Of a stretch of DNA of 64,000 bases, positions 45,641-53,931 are shown in pieces. The stretch's first letter is position 1, and each line of letters opens with the position of its first letter. A program made the translations under genes and the position numbers. The stretch comes from an uncultured Acetatifactor sp. (GTDB lineage: Bacteria > Bacillota > Clostridia > Lachnospirales > Lachnospiraceae), in contig CAJTSE010000007.1 in the NCBI GenBank assembly GCA_910578815.1, positions 103,739 to 167,738 on the forward strand, written 5' to 3'. The notes beneath the pieces are model-generated. The model saw only the letters and a program-made list of their open reading frames with translations. It searched no databases and was not told the DNA's origin.

Positions 45641-45931
45641 TTAAGCCTCGTCCTGTCGTACAATCAAGTATCTGATGACATTGTCCATAATCCTGACACG
45701 GCTCTCAATTTCAGCGGGCGCAGTGCTTTCAGCATCGAATTTGATGAAGTAGTAGAAACCCTCTTTCATCTTCTGAACCTCATAGGCAAGTCTCTTCTTA
45801 CCCCAATCGTCCACTTCCGCAATAACGCCGCCGAATCTCTCGATCAGAGCCTTACACTTGTCAACAACTTGCGCTCTTGCTTCATCTTCGATATTAGCGG
45901 ACACAACTACGGCTAATTCATACTTGTTCAT
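45641..45931 (-). CDS. rpsF: 30S ribosomal protein S6
   Basis: MNKYELAVVVSANIEDEARAQVVDKCKALIERFGG...WGKKRLAYEV. Start at ATG 45931 with a GGAGG RBS. Confidence 0.95.
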   Translation of the reverse strand: MNKYELAVVVSANIEDEARAQVVDKCKALIERFGGVIAEVDDWGKKRLAYEVQKMKEGFYYFIKFDAESTAPAEIESRVRIMDNVIRYLIVRQDEA

Positions 45932-46058
45932 CCTGTTACCTCCTTTTGGTCTCTGGCCCGCATCGGATGTGCGAGCAAGGAATTGATTCATCACGAATTT
46001 ATATGTTATCATAATATTACGTGGATTTCAAGGGGTTTGAAAAAGTTTCTTCCACTAA

Positions 46059-46985
46059 TTACTCCACCCTGTTTTCATCCCGGCTCATGAAAGTTTCAAA
46101 CTCTGAAACACTCTCTGTCTTAGCGGCTTTTTTGAGCCACTTACCCAGTATTTGCAGATCTGTTTCCTTTTGAATACGCTTTTTTAAAGCATTAGGTATC
46201 TCACCCTGTTCGCCCAGCAGTTCCAGAACAGCCTCTGCTTTTCCTTCTGCTTTTCCTTCTGCTTTTCCCTCTTCTCTTCCTTCTTCCCGTCCCAGGTCCC
46301 GGATATACTCGTCCTCCCCATAACGGTCCCTCACCGCCTTTAAATGCGCCTCATACCAATACCGCAGCGTTTTCCTCAGACTCATCCGTTTTATTACCTC
46401 TGACGCTTCCGCCAGTCCTTTATTCTTTGCCGCCAGCATATCCAATTCCTCCTCGCTCTTTGCATTAAACAGGCGAATCCAGTCATCCACCCCGCTGCCC
46501 TGCAGACTTTTCCTCAGCTCGATGATATGTATCTCCCACAGTCCTGTCAGTTCTTCACCGTACTCGTCCCGCACACGGTATACCGAGTGGTATTTTTCGC
46601 CTTCTAACAGCTGAAAATCCAAAATACCAATACTAATACACCGCTTGAGCCTTACGTAATTCTGACCTATTCGCAGATCCTCTTCATACATTTTGGCAAG
46701 ATAAAAAAGCTGCCTCTTGATCCAATACTTCTGTCTTCTGATCTGAAGTTCCACATTGACCTTTGTGTCGTCATTCAGTTCCAGCGCCATATCCAGAATT
46801 CCCAGCTTTTGATTACGGTATCGCCGCCACAGATGCGGCGTCACCAGCCTTGCTGCCTTTATGCTTTCCAGCGGGATCTCCAGAACATCACTCAAAAACT
46901 GCTTTCTGACATTTTCACAGGCAAACACCTCGCGGTACACCTCGTCATACTTCAAAGAAACTGGTTCTTTTGTATCTTTCTCCAT
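46059..46985 (-). CDS. Rpn-family recombination-promoting nuclease / PD-(D/E)XK putative transposase
   Basis: GILDMALELNDDTKVNVELQIRRQKYWIKRQLFYLAKMY (D...ExQ/K nuclease core) and a C-terminal EGREEGKAEGKAEGKAE repeat, typical of Rpn/YhgA-like proteins. Start at ATG 46985 with a GGAGGG RBS. Confidence 0.75.
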   Translation of the reverse strand: MEKDTKEPVSLKYDEVYREVFACENVRKQFLSDVLEIPLESIKAARLVTPHLWRRYRNQKLGILDMALELNDDTKVNVELQIRRQKYWIKRQLFYLAKMYEEDLRIGQNYVRLKRCISIGILDFQLLEGEKYHSVYRVRDEYGEELTGLWEIHIIELRKSLQGSGVDDWIRLFNAKSEEELDMLAAKNKGLAEASEVIKRMSLRKTLRYWYEAHLKAVRDRYGEDEYIRDLGREEGREEGKAEGKAEGKAEAVLELLGEQGEIPNALKKRIQKETDLQILGKWLKKAAKTESVSEFETFMSRDENRVE

Positions 46986-47243
46986 TTCCCTCCTGTTTTC
47001 CGCAGGAGAGAAATACCCTGCCGGGCACGACATATCTTTCTGAAAAAGTCTCCTGCTTTTAGATTAATTTGTTTGAATTAAAAGCATAGACTTTCTGAAA
47101 ATAGAATAATTGAACTGATTTTTCCCTTACGTTTAGAATTGTTATGCTTTGATTATAATCATATCATATTTGAGTCATTTGTCAAGAAAGTTAATTACAG
47201 TCTGGCTTCCATGTGTGTAGGATTACAGCCATGCTTCCATGTG

Positions 47244-47457
47244 TAACAGTTCAGCCATGCCATTCATAAGTCTTGACAATAGAAAGTCCGCTTTCTATTG
47301 TATGACCGGCATTTATATTTTCGACAACAATTAATATAACTGCCGGCAATTTATTTCATGTCGGGCGTCCGCCCTATAGAAATGGTTGTACAAGTTGCCC
47401 TTTGTGAGCAAGCTCCCACGGTCAATTTGTACAATCATTTCTGCATGGCTGAACTGT
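47244..47457 (+). mobile_element. MITE-like element, copy 2 (about 95% identical to copy 1), overlapping the 3' end of rfbG
   Basis: Aligns base-for-base with 43236-43451 apart from scattered substitutions. The right TIR is worn (…GAACTGTgg). The last 12 codons including the stop of rfbG (47422-47457) lie inside it. Confidence 0.8.
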
Positions 47458-48528
47458 GGTCTCCATATATTCCGCAATCTGGCGCCTCATAATCTCCCAG
47501 GTGTCCTTCCCTGATAGATACCCTCTGGTCCACTCCGCCGTCTTTTTAAGCATTTCCCGGTATGTCCACACAGGCCTCCAGCCCAGGCGGCTTCGAATCC
47601 AGCTGCAGTCCAGCTTTAAAAAACAAGCTTCATGAGGCCCTCCGTCCGATTCACATTTCCATTGTAAATTCCTTAAACAATCGCTCTTATCCCGGTTCCA
47701 ATACTCACAGAAGGTCTCCACCAGCTCCTGTGTGGTAACGCAGGAGCTTTCCTCCGGCCCCACATTATACGCCCCCGACAGAGACGGGTCCTCATACTGC
47801 CTCTCTGCTATCTTAAGATATGCGAACACCGGCTCCAAAACATGCTGATAAGGACGAACAGACTGAGGATTCCGCAGCGTCACACATCCCCCCGCCTCAA
47901 TGGCACGCACGCAGTCCGGAATAATCCGGTCCGCGGCAAAGTCTCCGCCTCCGATCACATTGCCTGCCCTGGCAGTGCTGATTGCTGTCCGCCCGTCTAC
48001 AAAAAAGGAGTTTCGATAGCTCTCCGTCACCAGTTCCGAACAAGACTTACTGTTTGAGTAAGGATCAAAGCCGTTCAACTCTTCATTCTCCCGATATCCC
48101 CAGGCCCATTCCCTATTCTTATATACCTTATCTGTAGTCACATTCAAAAAAGACTTTACCGAGCCGCACACTCGCACGCACTCCAGCACATTCACAGTGC
48201 CCATTACATTAACGTCATAAGTATATACCGGATTTTTGTAAGATTCCCTCACAATCGGCTGTGCTGCCATATGTATCACAATTTCCGGCCTGACCTCATC
48301 AAATACCTCTTTCAGGCGGACCAGATCCCTAATGTCTCCCTCCACAGAATGGATCTTTTTGCCCATGCCGGTATGTTCAAACAGACTTGGTGCAGTGGGC
48401 GGCAGCAACGCATATCCTGTCACCTCCGCGCCCAGCTCCAGCAAAACGGCACACATCCATGTCCCCTTAAAGCCGGTATGCCCTGTCACCAATACTTTCT
48501 TCCCTCGGTAAAAAGAATTCTCCATCAT
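47422..48528 (-). CDS. rfbG: CDP-glucose 4,6-dehydratase
   Basis: FYRGKKVLVTGHTGFKGTWMCAVLLELGAEVTGYAL is the Rossmann GxxGxxG of RfbG-type SDR. Start at MMENSF (ATG 48528), abutting the rfbH stop. Confidence 0.85.
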   Translation of the reverse strand: MMENSFYRGKKVLVTGHTGFKGTWMCAVLLELGAEVTGYALLPPTAPSLFEHTGMGKKIHSVEGDIRDLVRLKEVFDEVRPEIVIHMAAQPIVRESYKNPVYTYDVNVMGTVNVLECVRVCGSVKSFLNVTTDKVYKNREWAWGYRENEELNGFDPYSNSKSCSELVTESYRNSFFVDGRTAISTARAGNVIGGGDFAADRIIPDCVRAIEAGGCVTLRNPQSVRPYQHVLEPVFAYLKIAERQYEDPSLSGAYNVGPEESSCVTTQELVETFCEYWNRDKSDCLRNLQWKCESDGGPHEACFLKLDCSWIRSRLGWRPVWTYREMLKKTAEWTRGYLSGKDTWEIMRRQIAEYMETTVQPCRNDCTN

Positions 48529-48529
48529 T

Positions 48530-49855
48530 TTACAGCTCCAACGCCTCCAATATTTTATCCGCCATATAATCCAGCATTTCATCCGTCATGCCGGGGTATA
48601 CGCCAATCCAAAAGGTATCCTGCATCACTCTATCCGTTGCACTCAGCTCACCTGCCACCCGGAAACCTGTTCCCGATTCCCTCATCTTGTCAAAACAGGG
48701 CTGCCTCAGCAGATTCCCGGCAAAGAGCATCCTGGTCTGGACCCCGCTGCTCTCCAGATGCCGTACGATCCGGTTCTTGCTGACGCCTTCCCTGCAAGTG
48801 ATCATAAAGCCAAACCAGCTGGGCTCGGAATTCCGGCAGGGCTCTGGCAAAATCAGCAAATCCTCCGCCCCCTGCAGGCGCTCTCTCAAATACGCAAAAT
48901 GTTTCCTTCTTGCCTGAATAAAACCTTCCAGCTTGCTCAGCTGCCCGCAGCCAATGGCCGCCTGCATATCCGTAGCTTTCAAATTATAACCGAAATGAGA
49001 ATACACATATTTATGATCGTAACCCACCGGAAGCTCACCATACTGCCTGTCAAACCGGTGGCCGCATAGATTGTCCTGCCCGGAAGCGCATACACAGTCC
49101 CTGCCCCAGTCGCGCAGAGAACGGATAATTTTGTTCAACAGAGGATCATCCGTGTATACGGCCCCGCCTTCTCCCATGGTCATATGATGAGGAGGATAAA
49201 AACTGGATGTGCCGATGTGGCCCACGGTCCCCGTAAAGCGCCATTCTCCCTCCAGGCAGTACCTGCTGCCTAAGGCATCACAGTTGTCTTCTACCAGCCA
49301 TAAGCCATGCTGCCTGCAAAACCCACTCACCGCCTCCAGATCAAAGGGGTTTCCCAGCGTATGTGCAAGCATTACCGCCTTTGTCTTTTCGGACAGTGCC
49401 GCCTCCAGCATAGTTACATCAATGTTGTATTGCGGAATCGTAGTATCAACAAACACGGGGACTGCGCCATACTGTATGATCGGCGTTACCGTAGTGGGAA
49501 ACCCTGCCGCCACCGTAATAACCTCATCTCCCGGCCTGATCCTGCGATCTCCGAGCAAAGGTGAGGTCAACGCCATAAATGCCAGCAGATTGGCCGAAGA
49601 GCCGGAATTAACCAAGGCGCAGAATCTGACACCTAAAAAGGCTGCAAATTCCTTTTCAAAACGTTCCGTATACTTTCCGGAGGTCAGCCAGAAATCCAGG
49701 GCAGAATCCACCAGATTCACCATTTCCTCCGCATCGTACACTCTTCCTGCATAAGGGATCCTGTCCCCCGGATGGTATTCTGCCGGTCTGTGGTATTTTT
49801 TACAATATTCTCTAACCTGCTTTAAAATTTCTTCCCGCTCCTGATGTTCACTCAT
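48530..49855 (-). CDS. rfbH: CDP-6-deoxy-L-threo-D-glycero-4-hexulose-3-dehydrase (RfbH/DdhC, E1; DegT-family PMP enzyme)
   Basis: 441 aa. N-terminus ILKQVREYCKKYH...IPYAGRVYDAEEMVNLVDSALDFWLTSGKY and an overall DegT/DnrJ fold. Size and context (rfbF-rfbH-rfbG) fit RfbH. Confidence 0.75.
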   Translation of the reverse strand: MSEHQEREEILKQVREYCKKYHRPAEYHPGDRIPYAGRVYDAEEMVNLVDSALDFWLTSGKYTERFEKEFAAFLGVRFCALVNSGSSANLLAFMALTSPLLGDRRIRPGDEVITVAAGFPTTVTPIIQYGAVPVFVDTTIPQYNIDVTMLEAALSEKTKAVMLAHTLGNPFDLEAVSGFCRQHGLWLVEDNCDALGSRYCLEGEWRFTGTVGHIGTSSFYPPHHMTMGEGGAVYTDDPLLNKIIRSLRDWGRDCVCASGQDNLCGHRFDRQYGELPVGYDHKYVYSHFGYNLKATDMQAAIGCGQLSKLEGFIQARRKHFAYLRERLQGAEDLLILPEPCRNSEPSWFGFMITCREGVSKNRIVRHLESSGVQTRMLFAGNLLRQPCFDKMRESGTGFRVAGELSATDRVMQDTFWIGVYPGMTDEMLDYMADKILEALEL

Positions 49856-49888
49856 TTTTTATTTCCTTCGCTTTCCCGGTCTTAATTG

Positions 49889-50659
49889 TCATTTCTTCCA
49901 AGGCGCTTCTCCGCTCTCCCAAAGCTCTTCCAGATACGCCTTATCCCGCATATTATCCATCGGCGACCAAAACCCCTGATGCCTGTACGCGCTCATCTGC
50001 CCTGCCGCCGCCAGCCGTTCAAAGGGCTTACCCTCCAGCATTTCGCTTCCATCTCCCAGATACGCAAACACCTCCGGCTCCATTACCATAAATCCTGCGT
50101 TCACCCAAGCCTGATCCTCTCTTGCCTTCTCCTTAAACCGTAATATCTGATTACTCTCCGGCTCGATCTGCACGCCCCCAAATCTTCCTAATGGCTGTAC
50201 TGTAGTAATCGTTGCAATGCTCCCCTGCTGTTTATGAAACTCTATTAACTTCTGAATATCCACATCCGACACCCCGTCTCCATAGGTCAGAAGGAATGGC
50301 TCATTGCCGATATAATCCCTGACCTTCAGAACGCGCCCTGCCGTCAATGTATTCAGTCCCGTATTTGCCAGAGTCACCCGCCAGGGCTCAGCCGTAGCTT
50401 CATGAAAAACCGTCTTGCTGGAATCCAGACAGAAGGTGCTGTCTGCCTCATACATGTAATAATGGACAAAATACTCCTTTATCACCTGTCCCAAATAGCC
50501 ACAGCAAATAATAAATTCATGAAAACCATAGTGAGAATACAGCTTCATGATATGCCAAATAATAGGTTTTCCCCCGATCTCTACCATAGGCTTTGGCTTT
50601 GTTCTTGATTCTTCACTGATTCTGGTTCCCTTTCCTCCGGCTAAGATTACTACCTTCAT
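49889..50659 (-). CDS. rfbF: Glucose-1-phosphate cytidylyltransferase
   Basis: MKVVILAGGKGTRISEESRTKPKPMVEIGGKPIIWHIMKLYSHYGFHEFIICCGY is the canonical RfbF N-terminus. Start at ATG 50659. Confidence 0.9.
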   Translation of the reverse strand: MKVVILAGGKGTRISEESRTKPKPMVEIGGKPIIWHIMKLYSHYGFHEFIICCGYLGQVIKEYFVHYYMYEADSTFCLDSSKTVFHEATAEPWRVTLANTGLNTLTAGRVLKVRDYIGNEPFLLTYGDGVSDVDIQKLIEFHKQQGSIATITTVQPLGRFGGVQIEPESNQILRFKEKAREDQAWVNAGFMVMEPEVFAYLGDGSEMLEGKPFERLAAAGQMSAYRHQGFWSPMDNMRDKAYLEELWESGEAPWKK

Positions 50660-50699
50660 ACCTGCGCCCATGCCTTTCCGCAAATTTTTCTGTCCATAC

Positions 50700-51482
50700 T
50701 CATACGATCCAAGGCGCGCGCCCCTCATTCCATAGTCTCTCGGCCCCCACCAAATCGCGCATTGTTTCCACAGTGATCTGGTAACCTTCGTGCCGATAAG
50801 CTGCCACCTGCCCTGCGCCGGATAACCCGCGAAATATCTGCGTCTCCAAATCGCAGTTCCCCTGCAGATATTCCAGCGCTTCTTTTTTCATTACAAAGCA
50901 GTCCGCATTAACCCATGCCGCCTGCGCAACCAAAGGGCTTGTCTTCTCATAATCCAGCAAGCCACTCTCATCTATGGTGAGCAGCTGCTTGCGGCCCTGA
51001 GGCTTTGCCATCACCAGCGTTACCGGCTTCCCGCTTATTTTATGCGCCGCCAATAAAGCATCCGCATTCACATCTGAAAGGCAGTCACCATAAGTCACCA
51101 AAAAATCATCATCATCGTCATCCTCGCCGCACAGATAGCGGGATACGGCGCGAATACGCTGCCCTGGCGATGATTCCAGCCCCGTATCCACCACCGTCAC
51201 CTTCCAATCCTCTGTTCTCTTCTCATGGACCTCTATGGTATTTTTGCCTAAATCCACCGTAATGTCCGATTCAAAAATATAAAAATCATTGAAATAATCC
51301 TTGATACGGTCCACCCGATAACCGCCGCAGACAATAAATTCCTTCAGGCCATATTTTGAGAAATGCTTCATGATATGCCAAAGCAAAGGTCTTCCTCCCA
51401 ATTCCACCATTGGCTTGGGGATCCCCTCTCCGTTATTGCTGAGTGTACTTTGCCGGCCTCCTGCCAAAATCACTACCTTCAT
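50700..51482 (-). CDS. Second RfbF-like sugar-phosphate nucleotidyltransferase (divergent paralog with a poly-Asp insert)
   Basis: MKVVILAGGRQSTLSNNGEGIPKPMVELGGRPLLWHIMKHFSKYGLKEFIVCGGY parallels the neighbour, but the GxGTR loop is altered (GGRQST) and it carries GEDDDDDDF. Confidence 0.75.
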   Translation of the reverse strand: MKVVILAGGRQSTLSNNGEGIPKPMVELGGRPLLWHIMKHFSKYGLKEFIVCGGYRVDRIKDYFNDFYIFESDITVDLGKNTIEVHEKRTEDWKVTVVDTGLESSPGQRIRAVSRYLCGEDDDDDDFLVTYGDCLSDVNADALLAAHKISGKPVTLVMAKPQGRKQLLTIDESGLLDYEKTSPLVAQAAWVNADCFVMKKEALEYLQGNCDLETQIFRGLSGAGQVAAYRHEGYQITVETMRDLVGAERLWNEGRAPWIV

Positions 51483-51557
51483 AGCAGCTTACGCCCTCCC
51501 TGCGTTTTGTCCTGCTTTGATTCTAACATAGATATAATATGTTTATCAATCTATATT

Positions 51558-51600
51558 CAAAACAAAGCGAGGAAATCTGTATGATAAAACAGACTTCCTC
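51558..51600 (-). terminator. Putative terminator of the RSH cassette
   Basis: Minus strand: GAGGAAGTCTGT-tttatcat-ACAGATTTCCTC (one mismatch) followed by GCTTTGTTTTG, 34 nt after the stop of the 182-aa ORF. Confidence 0.5.
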
Positions 51601-51633
51601 CGCCATTAATAATTTGAATAAAATGCGCGTAAT

Positions 51634-52182
51634 TCACTTATCGCTTGAAAAAACTATCTGCCCCGCCTTAAACGCTAATAGCATTAATTCCATGGACTGT
51701 GCATCACATTTTCTAAATTTAAGATAATAGTATAACGTGTCCAGGTAATTCTTAAATGCAGCCTGTTTATTACCAATCAGCGGCATATTAATCTTATCTC
51801 CAAGCATAAAACTGGTCAATCTGGTAAGCAGAAACTTTTCATTCACATACAGAAGCTTATCGTCCTCAATCTGCTTTTTTAGTTGAAGCGGCTTTCTTTT
51901 CAACAGCCAAAAGGTCTCGTATGCTTTAATTTTAATCTCATTAACATGTTCAATCTTCTGATAATCCTTTAAACGTTGAATATCCGAGAAATAATCCATA
52001 ATTGCATGTGTCAGCGCCATTTCATGTATATAAGCAACCTCTTCCAATTTATATACTTTCAGGAATTCCAGCATCTCCTGGCTAATCTGCTCAATACGTT
52101 TTTGGATTACCTCTTCTCCCACAACAGCCACTAATTCATCATATTTAACATAGGTATTCTCAATATTAATCATAACAATCAC
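51634..52182 (-). CDS. Hypothetical helical protein (about 180 aa), third gene of the RSH cassette; likely start ATG 52173
   Basis: AT-rich ORF. ATG 52173 overlaps the stop of the 73-aa ORF (ATGATTAA). No motif recognised. Confidence 0.6.
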   Translation of the reverse strand: MIVMINIENTYVKYDELVAVVGEEVIQKRIEQISQEMLEFLKVYKLEEVAYIHEMALTHAIMDYFSDIQRLKDYQKIEHVNEIKIKAYETFWLLKRKPLQLKKQIEDDKLLYVNEKFLLTRLTSFMLGDKINMPLIGNKQAAFKNYLDTLYYYLKFRKCDAQSMELMLLAFKAGQIVFSSDK

Positions 52183-52387
52183 TTCCCGTCAGTTCATACA
52201 CCATACAGCAATTTTTGCTGGGAAGAAAGTCTCTGTAAATCTGGTACTCCCTTTTTTCCACCTCACCTGTGTGAATACGTGAACTATTACCCAGCTTGTG
52301 GTTCCGAACCTTTCCCTGCTTAACTAATACCACACCCGCACTGGCAATTTCACTGGCACGTCTCACCTGCATTTTTGATCTTTCCAT
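52166..52387 (-). CDS. Hypothetical 73-aa protein, second gene of the RSH cassette
   Basis: Strong AAGGAGGG RBS 6 nt before ATG 52387, which is 15 nt after the RSH stop. No motif recognised. Confidence 0.65.
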   Translation of the reverse strand: MERSKMQVRRASEIASAGVVLVKQGKVRNHKLGNSSRIHTGEVEKREYQIYRDFLPSKNCCMVYELTGSDCYD

Positions 52388-52402
52388 GCTTCTCCCTCCT
52401 TA

Positions 52403-53362
52403 TCACTCATCAATCACTGATTGCAAGCAGCCTGATGGTGTATTTGCATATTCGTCTCCTGCCGCGGAAGACGAATCAGCGTTATTCACGCTTTCAGCTT
52501 TCCCTGCCATTTCCACATCATATGCCATACCATCATCTATGGGTATATTCTGAATATTTTCCTTCTCGATTTCTTTCAAGTGATAAAAAAAACTGCTCAT
52601 TTCATCAGCCAAGCCGGACAGCCTGTTCAATAATTCTGTATATTCTTTCAATGTCCGATCATTTTTGAAATACGGGTAAACGATTGCATGGTCAACCTCT
52701 CCCCAACCTTCTTCAAACAATGTTCGCACCTGTATTTCTAAATATGCTCCCTGATATTTTATGATATAATGAGCCGAACGGTACACCTTTCCATCAATAA
52801 CGCAATCCGGAGGAAGAAGTTCGTCATAAATCTCTCTTGCGTCTCCATTTCTAATATGAACCTTAGGCGGCTCCGCAATATAATAATGGTCTAAATTGCT
52901 GTCAAAATCCAATATACAGTCTTTGACATAATACTCAATATTATTCTCAAATTTTGATATAATATAATTATGAAAACTTTTCCAATCAGCTTTAAACAAG
53001 ACAAAGCACCTTATTCCAATCAAGTCAGTAATAAACTTTTCATAATTTGTCTTGTCTAAATTTTTATATTTATTTTGATTCTCCTGCTTTTTGCGGATAA
53101 TTTTCTCAATTACATGCTCTGCCTGCTTCACTCTGCCTCTATAAGAATGCACTTTGACTGTTTTTTCGACATCATCCCCTATTTTATTAATATCCTTTAG
53201 GTAATTATCAATAAAGTCGTCTAAAATACGTTGATATTTGTCATGCTTAGTTTCTTCAAAATCTTTATATATGTCGCAAAGCTCATCCCAGGTAATTTCG
53301 GCACTCAAAAACAGATCATCAGTAATATTGAACTTTTCCAAAAATTTTTCTTTTGTAATCAA
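52403..53362 (-). CDS. RelA/SpoT-synthetase-domain protein (small-alarmone-synthetase fold, toxSAS-like), about 320 aa
   Basis: Ordered RSH synthetase motifs: YRGRVKQAEHVIEKIIRK, DLIGIRCFV, YRSAHYII, LEIQVRT, WGEVDH. TTG start at 53362, with a GAGGTGA RBS 5 nt upstream. Confidence 0.8.
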   Translation of the reverse strand: MITKEKFLEKFNITDDLFLSAEITWDELCDIYKDFEETKHDKYQRILDDFIDNYLKDINKIGDDVEKTVKVHSYRGRVKQAEHVIEKIIRKKQENQNKYKNLDKTNYEKFITDLIGIRCFVLFKADWKSFHNYIISKFENNIEYYVKDCILDFDSNLDHYYIAEPPKVHIRNGDAREIYDELLPPDCVIDGKVYRSAHYIIKYQGAYLEIQVRTLFEEGWGEVDHAIVYPYFKNDRTLKEYTELLNRLSGLADEMSSFFYHLKEIEKENIQNIPIDDGMAYDVEMAGKAESVNNADSSSAAGDEYANTPSGCLQSVIDE

Positions 53363-53389
53363 TACACTCACCTCAAGTATACACAATTT

Positions 53390-53417
53390 ATTATAAATAT
53401 ACAAAGATAACTTGTAA
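53390..53417 (-). promoter_or_regulatory. Putative promoter of the RSH cassette: TTACAA-N16-TATAAT (minus strand)
   Basis: TTGTAA at 53412-53417 and ATTATA at 53390-53395 on the plus strand. About 28 nt upstream of the TTG start. Confidence 0.35.
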
Positions 53418-53458
53418 TCATCCTTGTATCATGTCACCGTTTTAATGTAAGCATTTTA

Positions 53459-53716
53459 CTATATTGACAAAATATTTGCAAGAGTTTTTTTACCGTCCAC
53501 TTCCTGTAGCGCCTCCCAGAACCTCTCCATACACCTTTTGGCTCCTGTAGATACCCTGATCCAGCCTTTCAAGATCCCCTTTTCATAATCTCTGACCCAG
53601 ACATTTTTCTCCTTCAATGCCTTTACCACGGTCTGCGAATCCTTTACTGACAAAAACAAAACATAATTGCCCTCCATCGCCAGGGTGCGATAGCCCGCTT
53701 CACGCAGGCGCGCCAT
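53459..53716 (-). pseudogene. C-terminal stub (85 aa) of a class I/II PLP aminotransferase (HisC-like)
   Basis: NYVLFLSVKDSQTVVKALKEKNVWVRDYEKGILKGWIRVSTGAKRCMERFWEALQE matches only the last ~80 residues of such enzymes. No upstream continuation. Confidence 0.5.
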
Positions 53717-53931
53717 TAAAAACAGCTTTGAAAACGTACGAAGAACCAGAAAATTCCACTATTCTTTTCCGTTTTCCCTTATTACTGAGATTATCCACAA
53801 TCTTCTCGACCCAATTCCCTCCCTGCGGCATAATAGTAGAATGGAGGCCTTCCCTGCTTCAGCTATTATTCGAAATCATCATCCTCGTCATCCCATCCTT
53901 CAATGTATATTTATTCCTCATCGTATTGTCC

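Noticed and set aside
43236-47457. The two direct MITE copies might bracket a composite transposon carrying lacI, rpsR-ssb-rpsF and rpn.
   Set aside because: The interval contains the essential, universally conserved rpsF-ssb-rpsR operon. Copy 1 has its own 9-bp TSD, which shows independent insertion. No shared outer TSD is visible.
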